62,814 nucleotides of DNA from Deltaproteobacteria bacterium (lineage in GTDB: Bacteria; Myxococcota; Myxococcia; SLRQ01): positions 6,992-69,805 of the forward strand of contig JARGFU010000001.1 of assembly GCA_029210625.1 (NCBI GenBank), given 5' to 3'. Made by a program: the position numbers and the translations under genes. Below are positions 48,477 through 56,784 of this stretch, in pieces (positions within the stretch are counted from its first letter, which is position 1; each line of letters begins with the position of its first letter). The notes under the pieces are model-generated. The model searched no databases. It saw only the letters and a list, made by a program, of their open reading frames with translations, and was not told where the DNA came from.

Positions 48477-49396
48477 AGCCCGGGGCGCCGCATAGGCAGG
48501 AGCGTGAGGGCCAGGAGGTAGAGGCGATAGGGGCGCCCCTCGACGTCGATGGTCCCCTTCCCGCGGCCGGTGCAGAGCCGCCAGGCGAGCTTCTGGGAGA
48601 GGGCGACCAGGAGGCCCGAGCCGCTCCCGGAGAGCTCGAGGGTGCTGCCGATGATCACCATCGCGATCCCGAAGAGGGCCGTCGCGCCGTAGCCCACCGC
48701 GAGATCGAGGCGGCAGAGCTTCAGGTCCGCCTCGGTGCGGCCCTTCTCCCGGATCCAGTAGCCGTAGCAGAGGATGGTCACCGTCCCCCCGACCCCGCCC
48801 AGCAGCGCCACCGTCCAGGCGAGGCCCCCGTCGTCGAAGCGAGGGATCGAGGGCAGGAGGAGCCCCTCGAGCACCTCGCCGGTCCCCGGCCAGAGGCGCC
48901 CGGCGGTGAAGAGGACGATCACGAACATCACCCCGATGGTCACGCCCATCACCTTCTCGAAGAGGGCGAAGCCGCCTCGCCACACCAGCAGCAGGCCGAG
49001 GAGGCTGGAGGCGACGCCGAAGACCACCTTGCCGGCGGCCGCGCTCTCGAAGACCGGGAAGAGCGCGTGGAGGGTCACCCCGCAGGCGCTCATCAGGGCC
49101 GAGCCGACGAAGAAGGACCAGAGCAGCAGGTAGGCCAGGAAGACCCAGCCCACCCCGCGGCCGAAGCGGGTGATGGCGCCCTCGAGGGCCGTCTCTCCGG
49201 TGGCGAGCTGCCAGCGGGCGAGGCCCTCGTTGAGGACGAACTTCAGGGCGGCGCCCACCACCACCGCCCAGAGGATGGCCGTGCCCAGCTCGCTGCCGGT
49301 GAAGCTCGCCGTGGCGAGATCTCCGGCGCCCACCCCGGTCGCCGCGACCAGCAGCCCGGGGCCGATGAGGGTCAGGATTCCCAGCTTCTCTCTCAT
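48419..49396 (-). CDS. Nramp-related (COG1914-like) divalent-cation transporter, apparently truncated (~325 aa, 7-8 TM)
   Basis: ATG at 49394-49396. GPGLLVAATGVGAGDLATASFTGSELGTAILWA matches the Nramp TM1 region but lacks DPGN. The 3' end runs 58 bp into the convergent GGDEF gene and the final ~45 aa are low-complexity. Confidence 0.5.
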   Translation of the reverse strand: MREKLGILTLIGPGLLVAATGVGAGDLATASFTGSELGTAILWAVVVGAALKFVLNEGLARWQLATGETALEGAITRFGRGVGWVFLAYLLLWSFFVGSALMSACGVTLHALFPVFESAAAGKVVFGVASSLLGLLLVWRGGFALFEKVMGVTIGVMFVIVLFTAGRLWPGTGEVLEGLLLPSIPRFDDGGLAWTVALLGGVGGTVTILCYGYWIREKGRTEADLKLCRLDLAVGYGATALFGIAMVIIGSTLELSGSGSGLLVALSQKLAWRLCTGRGKGTIDVEGRPYRLYLLALTLLPMRRPGLQSSARPPTTWFRPAALAR

Positions 49397-49464
49397 GTCG
49401 TCCTCCCGCGATCCGGTTTCGCTGGTACCTGCGGGCGCCCCCCTGGAAACCCGTAGCGCTTTCT

Positions 49465-51553
49465 TCAGCGCCGGCGGCGCAGGCCACGGACGAGGAGGAG
49501 GAGGAGGAAGGAGGAGGCCCCCACGCCGGTCCAGATCCCCAGGCGGCTGCGGGGAGCGCGGCGGCGCTGAGCGACGACCACGACGTCGGTGCCCTCGACC
49601 GGGACGAAGGCCGCCAACCAGGCGCCTCCGAAGGCGGGGTCGGCGTCGGCGGCGGGATCCCGGTAGCGCTCGTCGACGCCGAGGCCGGGGGCGCCCTCCC
49701 ACCGCGCCGGGTGGGCCAGGGGCTGATCGTCCAGCCCGAAGGCCGGGTGGAAGAGCAGCACCCAGTCCGGCGGCTCGGCCGGCTCGTCGCCCACCTGGGT
49801 GGGGTCGACCCGGACGATGACGCCCGTCGCCGAGTCGCTCGGCTCGGTCTGCGGCAGGCGCAGGCCCTGGCTGGCGAGGACCCCGGCCACGATGACGCCG
49901 ACCGGCACGCCCTCGTGGAGGACGGCCCGGGCGATCCCGAGCTTGTACTGACGCGAGGTCAGGCCATAGAGCACCTTCGAGGCGTAGGCGCAGGCCCCGT
50001 CGCCCCGGGGCTGGCAGAGGCAGCGAGAGGTGGGCGCCGAGGCGCAGGCCAGCGCGCCGAGGACGTAGTCCCGCCGGCTGAAGTCCCAGCCCTCGTGGGC
50101 CTCGAGGCGGTGGGGCCAGCGCGCGACCAGGGCCCCCTTGCGGTCCACCAGCCACCAGCTCTCGAAGGGGGACTCTCCGTCGAGGTCGTTGAGGCGAGCG
50201 CCGGCGATCACCGTCAGGCGCTGGACCTCCTCGAGGTCTCCCGCGGCGAGCGCCGCGCCCAGCCCGGGCGTCCCGGCCGCGGCGTCGGCGGCGCTGGCGA
50301 ACTGCAGCAGGCGGATCCGCACGGTGTCCGCCTGGTGGCGGGCGAGGTCGAGCTGGATGTGCGCCGGCTCCCTCGCGAGCTCGAGGACCTGGAGCGTCAC
50401 CAGCACCGCCGCGAGGGTGAGGAAGGCCAGGGCCAGCGCGCTCGCCGTCGCCAGCAGGGGGTTGCGGCGGCGCCAGGCCGCCAGGCGCTCGCGGGAGGAC
50501 CAGAGGCGAGCGTGCGGCTGCGCGCCCTCGAGCCAGCGCTCGAGATCGTCGGCGAGGTCCTCGGCCGTGGGGTAGCGATCCTCGGGCGCGTGGGCGAGGG
50601 CCTTCAGGCAGATGGCCTCGAGGTCGGCGTCGACCCCGGGGTGCGCCTCGCAGGGCGAGGCGGGCCCGCTCTGCGCGAACCTTCTCCAGGGTCTCCCGGC
50701 GGCTCTCGCCCAGGTGGGGCGGGCGGCCGCAGAGCGCGTGGTAGAGGACCGCACCGAGCCCGTGGACGTCCGAGAGGCTGGTCTCCTCCCGCTCGGGGTC
50801 CGCCTGCTCGGGGGACATCCAGGCCGCCGTGCCCACCACCCCTCCGCTCGTGGCGCGCGACTCCAGGGGCTGCTCCTCGCCGCTCACCCGCTTGGCCAGG
50901 CCGAAGTCGGTGACGTAGGGCCGGCCGGCGGGCCCCAGGAGGATGTTGTCCGGCTTCAGGTCGCGGTGGAGGAGGCCGCGCTGGTGCGCGTGGTGGACCG
51001 CCCGCGCGACGTCCCGGACGACGGCCACCCGCTCACGGACCTCGCCCTCCTCGGGCTGCTGCCAGTCGCCCAGCGTCCCCCCGTCGATGAGGTCCATCGT
51101 GAAGTAGGGGCGGTCCTCGTGCAGGGCGACCTCGTGGACCCGGATGATGTTCGGGTGCTGGAGCCGGGCCATGTTCTCGGCCTCGGCGAAGAAGCGCTCC
51201 TCGGCGACCCGGAGCACGTGGGGCAGGCTGATCTTCAGGGCCACGAAGCGATCGAGGCTCTTCTGTCGCGCCCGGTAGACCACGCCCATCCCGCCGTGGC
51301 CGAGGTACTCGATGCCCTCGTAGTCCCCGAAGTCGGGGAGGGTCAGGGGCACCTCCTCGGGTACCCAGGCCGGCAGCTCGAGGAAGGCCTCGGCCGTCGC
51401 CTCCCCGTGGCTGACGAGGAGGGCCTCGACCTCGGCGGCGAGCTCGCCCTCGTCCCGGCGCAGGGCCGCGAGGGCCTCGGCCCGCTCGGGCGGCTCGAGC
51501 TCGAGCAGCCCGGCGAAGCGATCGCAGACCTCCTGCCAGCGCTCGGGGCTCAT
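49465..51553 (-). CDS. Hanks-type Ser/Thr protein kinase with TM helix and periplasmic sensor domain; apparent +1 frameshift near 50630-50760
   Basis: Kinase domain in one frame from ATG 51551-51553 (GHGGMGVVYRA, HRDLKPDNILL, DFGLAK, SPEQ). The conserved PEDRYPTAEDLADDLERWL tail, the TM helix and the sensor domain are in a second frame (track ORF 49465..50754). The junction lies in a ccccgggg run. Confidence 0.7.
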
Positions 51554-52128
51554 GGCGTCCCCTTGAGCTGGCGGTGGAGCCAGGCCCGGGCGACCTGCCA
51601 GTCCTCCTCGCAGGAGGAGACCGAGACCTCGAGGGCCTCGGCGATCTCGCTCCACTTCAGACCGCCGAAGAAGCGCAGGGTGACCACCTCGTGCTGACGC
51701 GGGCTCAGGGCCTTCAGGGTGTCCATCGCCTCAGCCAGATCGAAGACCGAGAAGCGCAGGCTGCTCTCCAGGGCCTGCAGCACTCCGTCGAAGGGGACCC
51801 GATCCCGGGCGTCGGGGCGCTTGCCCGCCGCTCGCTTGCGGGCGTGATCGATGAGGATCTGCCGCATGGCCCGGGCCTGGGTGGCGAAGAAGTAGGCGCG
51901 ATCGATCACCGGCAGGGGCGCCTTCACGAAGACCCGCAGGTAGGCCTCGTGCACCAGGGCCGTGGGCTGGAGGGTGTGCCCCTCCCGCTCCCGGCGCATG
52001 AGGTTGCCCGCCATCCGCTTCAGCTCGTCCGAGACCAGCGCGAAGAGCTCGCCCTTCGCCTTCTGGTCGCCGCCGCGGATGGCCGCCAGCAAGCGCTCGA
52101 TCTCGCCTCGTCTGCTGCTCTCCCCCAT
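51550..52128 (-). CDS. ECF sigma factor of the kinase-associated type (TIGR02999/Sig70_X6-like)
   Basis: EGHTLQPTALVHEAYLRV and LIDHARKR motifs. Stop overlaps the kinase ATG (ATGA). Confidence 0.85.
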   Translation of the reverse strand: MGESSRRGEIERLLAAIRGGDQKAKGELFALVSDELKRMAGNLMRREREGHTLQPTALVHEAYLRVFVKAPLPVIDRAYFFATQARAMRQILIDHARKRAAGKRPDARDRVPFDGVLQALESSLRFSVFDLAEAMDTLKALSPRQHEVVTLRFFGGLKWSEIAEALEVSVSSCEEDWQVARAWLHRQLKGTP

Positions 52129-52197
52129 CGCCCGCCCCCCCCGATTACCCCGTCGGGGGCGGGAGCGGTAGCCCGGCCTCGGCGCCGGCGCGCCGGA

Positions 52198-53277
52198 TCA
52201 GGCGACGACACGCAGGGGCCTCCCGGCGCGGCTCGGTCGCGCCCGCCAGCAGCCGGGGTCGGCGTGGTAGGGGCTGCCGTGGGCGGCCTGGGAGAGGCAG
52301 CGCAGGCCGCCGCCGCAGACCCTGGCGTGGAGGCAGCCCTCGCAGCCCTCGGCGTTGCGCTCCGGCTCCCGCAGCTCCCGCAGGAGCGGGCTCTGGTAGT
52401 AGAGCTCCGTCATGCTCCGGGAGCGCAGGTTCCCCACCGGCAGGGGCATCCGGCGGCAGGGGACGAGGGTGCCGTCGGGCAGCACGGTCAGCAGGCTCTT
52501 GCCCGCCGTGCAGCGGTAGGGACGCTCGCCGCCCTCCAGGAACTGCAGCGTGCGGTGCATGGCGATCTCGGGCGGGAAGATCAGCCAGCTCTTTCGCATG
52601 AGCTCCTGCGTTCGCCGCATCGATCGGAGGAAGCGGCGGGTCTCCTCGGGGGCGGGGCTGCGGAGCCCGCCGACGCTTCCCTGCCCCTCGGGGATGAGCC
52701 GGTCGGCCCAGACCCGATCGACCCCCAGCCGCTGCCCCAGCCGCGCGACCTTCCGGAACTCCCCCAGGTTCCCCGAGTGGGCGGTGAAGGAGAGGAAGAC
52801 CCGGATCCCGTGTCCGAGCAGGTGGCGGATGCCCCCGACGCTCTGCGCGTGACTCCCCTTGCCCCGGATCTCGTCGTGGACCTTCCGGCTCCCCTCGATG
52901 CTCACCTGCACGAAGCTCGGCCGGAGGGCCCGGAGGCGCGCTGCCCGCTCCTCGTCGATGAGGGTGTCGTTGGTGAGGAGAGCCCAGGAGTGCCGGTGGC
53001 GGTGACGGGCCAGCTCCTCGCAGAGCTCGAGGAGATCCTTGCGGGCGAAGGGCTCGCCGCCGGTGAGGGTGACGTGGCCTCGCAGCTCCGGCTGCCCGCG
53101 CTCCTCTCCGTAGCGGGTGAGCAGCTCGTGGTACTGCTCCAGGATCCGCAGCAGGTCCCGGTAGGGGAGCTCCTCGCCGCGGTAGCCCTCCTGGTAGCAG
53201 TGGTGGCAGCGCAGGTTGCAGCGCTCGGTGAGGTGCCACTGGAGGAGGAGGCCGGACTTGTAGTCGTGGTTGCACAT
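52198..53277 (-). CDS. Radical SAM/SPASM-domain enzyme (peptide-modifying maturase class)
   Basis: ATG at 53275-53277. CNLRCHHC (CxxxCxxC) inside LLLQWHLTERCNLRCHHCY. C-terminal 7-Cys SPASM cluster (CTAG...CRRM...CEGCLHARVCGGGLRC). TGATG coupling to the upstream gene. Confidence 0.85.
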   Translation of the reverse strand: MCNHDYKSGLLLQWHLTERCNLRCHHCYQEGYRGEELPYRDLLRILEQYHELLTRYGEERGQPELRGHVTLTGGEPFARKDLLELCEELARHRHRHSWALLTNDTLIDEERAARLRALRPSFVQVSIEGSRKVHDEIRGKGSHAQSVGGIRHLLGHGIRVFLSFTAHSGNLGEFRKVARLGQRLGVDRVWADRLIPEGQGSVGGLRSPAPEETRRFLRSMRRTQELMRKSWLIFPPEIAMHRTLQFLEGGERPYRCTAGKSLLTVLPDGTLVPCRRMPLPVGNLRSRSMTELYYQSPLLRELREPERNAEGCEGCLHARVCGGGLRCLSQAAHGSPYHADPGCWRARPSRAGRPLRVVA

Positions 53278-53771
53278 CAGCCGCACCCCCCACAGCCGCC
53301 GCAGCCGCCGCAGCCCCCGCCGCAGCCACCTCCGCAGCCCCCACCCCCGTTCACGCTGACGGCGAAGGCCGCCTGCACCGAGGCGCCCACCGCGAGGAGG
53401 CCGACCCCGTGGACCGCCACCGCCAGCGCCGGATCGACGCCCGCGCTCGCCCAGTCGATGGAGGAGCTGGCGCTCATCCAGCGTAGCTCCTCCCTCAGGT
53501 GCTTCAGCAGCCGGCGGCCCAGGGTGGTCGCCTTCCCGGAGGTGGGCCGCAGGATCCCGGCGAAGAGGTAGGCGGTCCCCGCCAGGAGGAAGGGGAGGAT
53601 GCCCATCGGCCGGTCGAGCGTCAGGCCGAGGAGCGCCTTGATCGACCCGAGGAGCAGGCAGACCGTCATCGGCAGGTAGGTGATCCAGGCCGCCCGCTGC
53701 TCGTCCGCCGCGCTCTGCAGCAGCCGGCGCTCCACGAGGTCCTCGCGGACCCTCGAGAGGGTGTCCTCCAC
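53277..53771 (-). CDS. Membrane protein segment (3 TM) ending in a pure Gly/Cys tail NGGGGCGGGCGGGCGGCGGCGGCG; in frame with the 53856..54149 ORF across a TAG
   Basis: Read from GTG at 53771 to TGA at 53277-53279. TM helices ITYLPMTVCLLLGSIKALLGL, ILPFLLAGTAYLFAGIL, ALAVAVHGVGLLAVGASVQAAFAV. Tail is 23 residues of G/C only. Confidence 0.6.
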   Translation of the reverse strand: MEDTLSRVREDLVERRLLQSAADEQRAAWITYLPMTVCLLLGSIKALLGLTLDRPMGILPFLLAGTAYLFAGILRPTSGKATTLGRRLLKHLREELRWMSASSSIDWASAGVDPALAVAVHGVGLLAVGASVQAAFAVSVNGGGGCGGGCGGGCGGCGGCGGCG

Positions 53772-53855
53772 CCGCAGCTCGAGGTGGGCGCTCGAGAGCA
53801 GGGCGCCGGGCCCCTCGATCCCGTCCTCGATGAGGTCGACCAGGTCCTGCTCGAT

Positions 53856-54149
53856 CTAGGGGGAGGGGCGCGGCCCGCCGGGGATCACCCGGGTCTGCTC
53901 GCCGTCCTCGCTGATCTCGAGCTGACCCCGCTCGACCATCCGGTAGAAGACGGCGCGGACCACCGCCTGCCACCCACCCCCCAGGTAGGCGATCGCCTCG
54001 GCGCTCAGCCCCTCGGCCGGGGGCAGCGGCAGGTCCTCGGTGCCGTCCCACCAGTGGAGGATCCGGTTGATCCCCAGCGCGAGGGCCACCAGGCCCAGGT
54101 AGACGAGGAGGAAGGTCGGTCCCGGTATCGAACGAATGAGCTCCAGCAT
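53856..54149 (-). CDS. N-terminal part (1 TM) of the same reading frame, ending at an in-frame TAG (53856-53858)
   Basis: ATG at 54147-54149 with AAAGGAGAG 6 nt upstream. MLELIRSIPGPTFLLVYLGLVALALGINRIL. Same frame as the 53277..53771 segment. Confidence 0.5.
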   Translation of the reverse strand: MLELIRSIPGPTFLLVYLGLVALALGINRILHWWDGTEDLPLPPAEGLSAEAIAYLGGGWQAVVRAVFYRMVERGQLEISEDGEQTRVIPGGPRPSP

Positions 54150-54211
54150 CGTGGTCTCTCCTTTCGAAGAGACCTGCGCGAGCTCTCCCGGAAATCCGTA
54201 GGAAGAAGCGG

Positions 54212-54238
54212 TTGACAACTTGGCCATGTTGCCACATG
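54212..54238. promoter_or_regulatory. Operator/promoter TTGACAACTTGGCCATGTTGCCACATG in the divergent region (candidate ArsR/SmtB site)
   Basis: Imperfect palindrome CAACTTGGCCATGTTG embedded between -35-like TTGACA and -10-like hexamers. A near-identical copy lies at 54592..54618. Confidence 0.55.
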
Positions 54239-54265
54239 AATCGTGCGTCTCACTCCGGAGAAGCC

Positions 54266-54562
54266 ATGCCCTGTTCCGACGACAAGGTCTTCAAGCAGCA
54301 AGCGCGGGTGCTCAAGGCCCTCGCCAACGCCTCGCGCCTGAAGATCGTCGACCGGCTCTCCCGGGGGGAGTGCTCGGTCGGAGAGCTCACCGAGCTGGTC
54401 GGCTCGGACCGCTCCACCGTCTCCAAGCACCTCGCGGTGCTGCGCAGTCACGGGATCGTCGAGGACCGCCGGGAGGGCAACGTCGTCTACTACTCGCTCC
54501 TGACGCCCTGCGTGATGAACTTCTTCTCCTGTGCCACCCAGGTCCTCGAGGAGCGCAGCTGA
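54266..54562 (+). CDS. ArsR/SmtB-family metalloregulator
   Basis: HTH region LKALANASRLKIVDRL...ECSVGELTELVGSDRSTVSKHL. Carries Cys residues N-terminally (MPCSDD) and C-terminally (CVMNFFSC). Confidence 0.85.
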   Translation: MPCSDDKVFKQQARVLKALANASRLKIVDRLSRGECSVGELTELVGSDRSTVSKHLAVLRSHGIVEDRREGNVVYYSLLTPCVMNFFSCATQVLEERS

Positions 54563-54591
54563 TGGTCCCCGCGGTTTTTTTTGAGCCAATA

Positions 54592-54618
54592 TTGCCAACT
54601 TGGCCATATTGCCATGCA
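54592..54618. promoter_or_regulatory. Second operator copy TTGCCAACTTGGCCATATTGCCATGCA, upstream of the permease gene
   Basis: 20/23 positions match the 54212 site, with the same TTGNCA...TTGCCA framing. Confidence 0.55.
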
Positions 54619-55811
54619 CTTCCGGCGAGGGCCTCCCGGTGAAGGAGCGAAGCAAGCTGCTGCTCATGCTGGCGGTCTTCGCCGCCTGCTGGTTCCTGCC
54701 GGTGGACAGCGAGCGCTTCCTGTCGGCGGTCGGCGAGGGCCTGAAGCTCACCCGGTGGTACGCCCGGGAGCACGTGCTGCTCTGCCTGGTGCCGGCCTTC
54801 TTCATCGCCGGCGCCATCAGCGTCTTCGTCAGCCAGGGCTCGGTGATGAGGTACCTCGGCCCGGCCGCGAGGAAGCTCGTCGCCTACCCGGTGGCCGCGG
54901 TCTCCGGCACCATCCTGGCGGTCTGCTCCTGCACGGTGCTGCCCCTCTTCGCGAGCATCCACCAGCGCGGCGCCGGCCTCGGCCCGGCCACCGCCTTCCT
55001 CTACTCCGGGCCGGCCATCAACGTGCTGGCGATCATCCTCACGGCGCGAGTGCTGGGCCTCGAGCTGGGCATCGCCCGCGCGGTCGGGGCGATCACCTTC
55101 TCGGTGATCATCGGCCTGCTCATGCACCTCTTCTTCCGCAAGGAGGAGGCCGCCCGTCAGGCCGAGGGCATGGTCCTGATGCCGGTCGAGGAGCGGGGCC
55201 GGACGCTCTGGCAGGAGGGCGTCTACTTCGCCGCCCTGGTCGGCATCCTGGTCTTCGCCAACTGGGGCGCTCCGGCCGAGAAGGACACGGGCGTCTGGAC
55301 CAGCGTCCACTCGGTGAAGTGGATCGTCACCGGCGGGTTCGCCCTCGTCCTCGTCTTCTCCCTCTGGCGTTGGTTCGAGCGGGACGAGCTTGGCGACTGG
55401 ACCGAGTCGAGCTGGACCTTCGCCAAGCAGATCATGCCGCTGCTCCTGGCTGGCGTGCTCGTCGCGGGCTTCCTGCTCGGTGGCCCCGATGGCGGCCGCG
55501 GCGTGATCCCCGACGAGTGGGTCGCCTCGATGGTGGGCGGCAACTCGCTGGGCGCCAACCTCTTCGCTTCGGTGGCGGGCGCCCTGATGTACTTCGCCAC
55601 CCTCACCGAGGTGCCCATCCTGGAGGGGCTCCGCAGCTCGGGCATGGGGAAGGGACCCGCGCTGGCGCTGCTGCTCGCGGGTCCGGCGCTCTCCCTGCCC
55701 AACATGCTCGTCATCCGAAGCGTGATGGGCACCCGGAAGACCCTGGTGTTCATCGGGCTGGTGATCGTGCTCTCAACCCTCGCAGGTCTGCTCTACGGAG
55801 CGCTGTTCTAG
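54600..55811 (+). CDS. COG0701/DUF318-type permease (the two-CPxC-motif permease commonly found in ArsR-linked clusters)
   Basis: 8-10 TM helices. AVCSCTVLPLF motif. Start uncertain: TTG 54600, GTG 54639 or ATG 54666. Confidence 0.8.
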   Translation: MAILPCTSGEGLPVKERSKLLLMLAVFAACWFLPVDSERFLSAVGEGLKLTRWYAREHVLLCLVPAFFIAGAISVFVSQGSVMRYLGPAARKLVAYPVAAVSGTILAVCSCTVLPLFASIHQRGAGLGPATAFLYSGPAINVLAIILTARVLGLELGIARAVGAITFSVIIGLLMHLFFRKEEAARQAEGMVLMPVEERGRTLWQEGVYFAALVGILVFANWGAPAEKDTGVWTSVHSVKWIVTGGFALVLVFSLWRWFERDELGDWTESSWTFAKQIMPLLLAGVLVAGFLLGGPDGGRGVIPDEWVASMVGGNSLGANLFASVAGALMYFATLTEVPILEGLRSSGMGKGPALALLLAGPALSLPNMLVIRSVMGTRKTLVFIGLVIVLSTLAGLLYGALF

Positions 55812-55820
55812 GAGGTCGTG

Positions 55821-56069
55821 ATGAAGGTCGAGATCCTGGGAACCGGATGTGCCAAGTGCCAGAAGCTCTACCGGCTGGTGGAGCAGGCCGTCGCCGACAC
55901 CGGCTCGGACGCCGAGGTGGTGAAGGTCGAGAAGATGGACGAGATCATGAGCTACGGCGTGCCCTTCACGCCGGCCCTGGTCATCGACGGTACCGTGAAG
56001 TCGGTGGGCAACCTCCCGAAGCCCGCCCAGCTCGAGGCCTGGCTCCGGGAAGGCGCGGGCCAGCGCTGA
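55821..56069 (+). CDS. Thioredoxin-fold redox-active disulfide protein 2-like small protein (CxxC)
   Basis: ATG with GGAGG 6 nt upstream. MKVEILGTGCAKCQKL. Confidence 0.85.
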   Translation: MKVEILGTGCAKCQKLYRLVEQAVADTGSDAEVVKVEKMDEIMSYGVPFTPALVIDGTVKSVGNLPKPAQLEAWLREGAGQR

Positions 56070-56076
56070 AGCGCCG

Positions 56077-56784
56077 ATGCTTGACGAGCTGGTTCAGAAC
56101 GCGGGTCAGTACATCGACACGAACCCGTGGCTCGCCATCGCGGCGGTCTTCGTCGGCGGCCTGCTGACGGCCTCGAACCCCTGCGTCCTCGCCATGATCC
56201 CGCTGACGATGAGCTTCGTGGCCGGCCGGCGGGAGGAGAGGCCCGGGGTGCTCCGCGCGCTCGGCTTCTCCTCCGTCTTCGTCCTGGGGCTCTCCCTCAC
56301 CTTCACCGCGCTGGGCATGGTCGCCGCGCTCGCCGGCCAGCTCTACGGCGACGTCTCCAGCGCCTGGAACTGGGTGGTCGCCGCCGTCTGCGGGGTGATG
56401 GGGCTCCACCTGATGGGCGTGGTGACCGTGCCCATCCCCTCGCTGGCCGGCCGGATCCAGCCGAGGACCCGCGGCCTGCTCGGCGCGCTGATCCTCGGCC
56501 TGCTCTTCGGGCTGGTCTCCGCGCCCTGCGCGGCGCCGATCCTCGTCGTCCTGCTCACCTACCTGGCCGGCTCGGGCGCCTCGGTGGCGTACGGCGGCCT
56601 GCTGCTGCTCGTCTACGCCCTCGGCCACAGTCTGCTGATCCTCATCGCCGGCACCTCCATGGGCGCCGCGCGCACCCTCATCGAGAACAAGAAGATGACC
56701 GGGACCCTGGCCATCCTGCGCAAGGGCGCGGGCGTCGTGATCGTCCTGGTCGGGCTCTACTTCGGCTATCGAGGTCTGTCATGA
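56077..56784 (+). CDS. CcdA/DsbD-family transmembrane thiol-disulfide electron transporter
   Basis: Two conserved TM Cys residues (TASNPCVLAMIP and VSAPCAAPIL). 6 TM helices. Confidence 0.85.
   Translation: MLDELVQNAGQYIDTNPWLAIAAVFVGGLLTASNPCVLAMIPLTMSFVAGRREERPGVLRALGFSSVFVLGLSLTFTALGMVAALAGQLYGDVSSAWNWVVAAVCGVMGLHLMGVVTVPIPSLAGRIQPRTRGLLGALILGLLFGLVSAPCAAPILVVLLTYLAGSGASVAYGGLLLLVYALGHSLLILIAGTSMGAARTLIENKKMTGTLAILRKGAGVVIVLVGLYFGYRGLS

Noticed and set aside
46464-49487. 1007-aa ORF on - strand and the 47777..49456 + ORF
   Set aside because: Alternate frames across the GGDEF and Nramp-like genes. No motifs. The real genes are in other frames and on the other strand.
52198-54237. Single 679-aa ORF reported by the track
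   Set aside because: Only the C-terminal 360 aa (from ATG 53277) form the radical SAM protein. The N-terminal ~320 aa are an out-of-frame readout across the GC-tail membrane protein gene.
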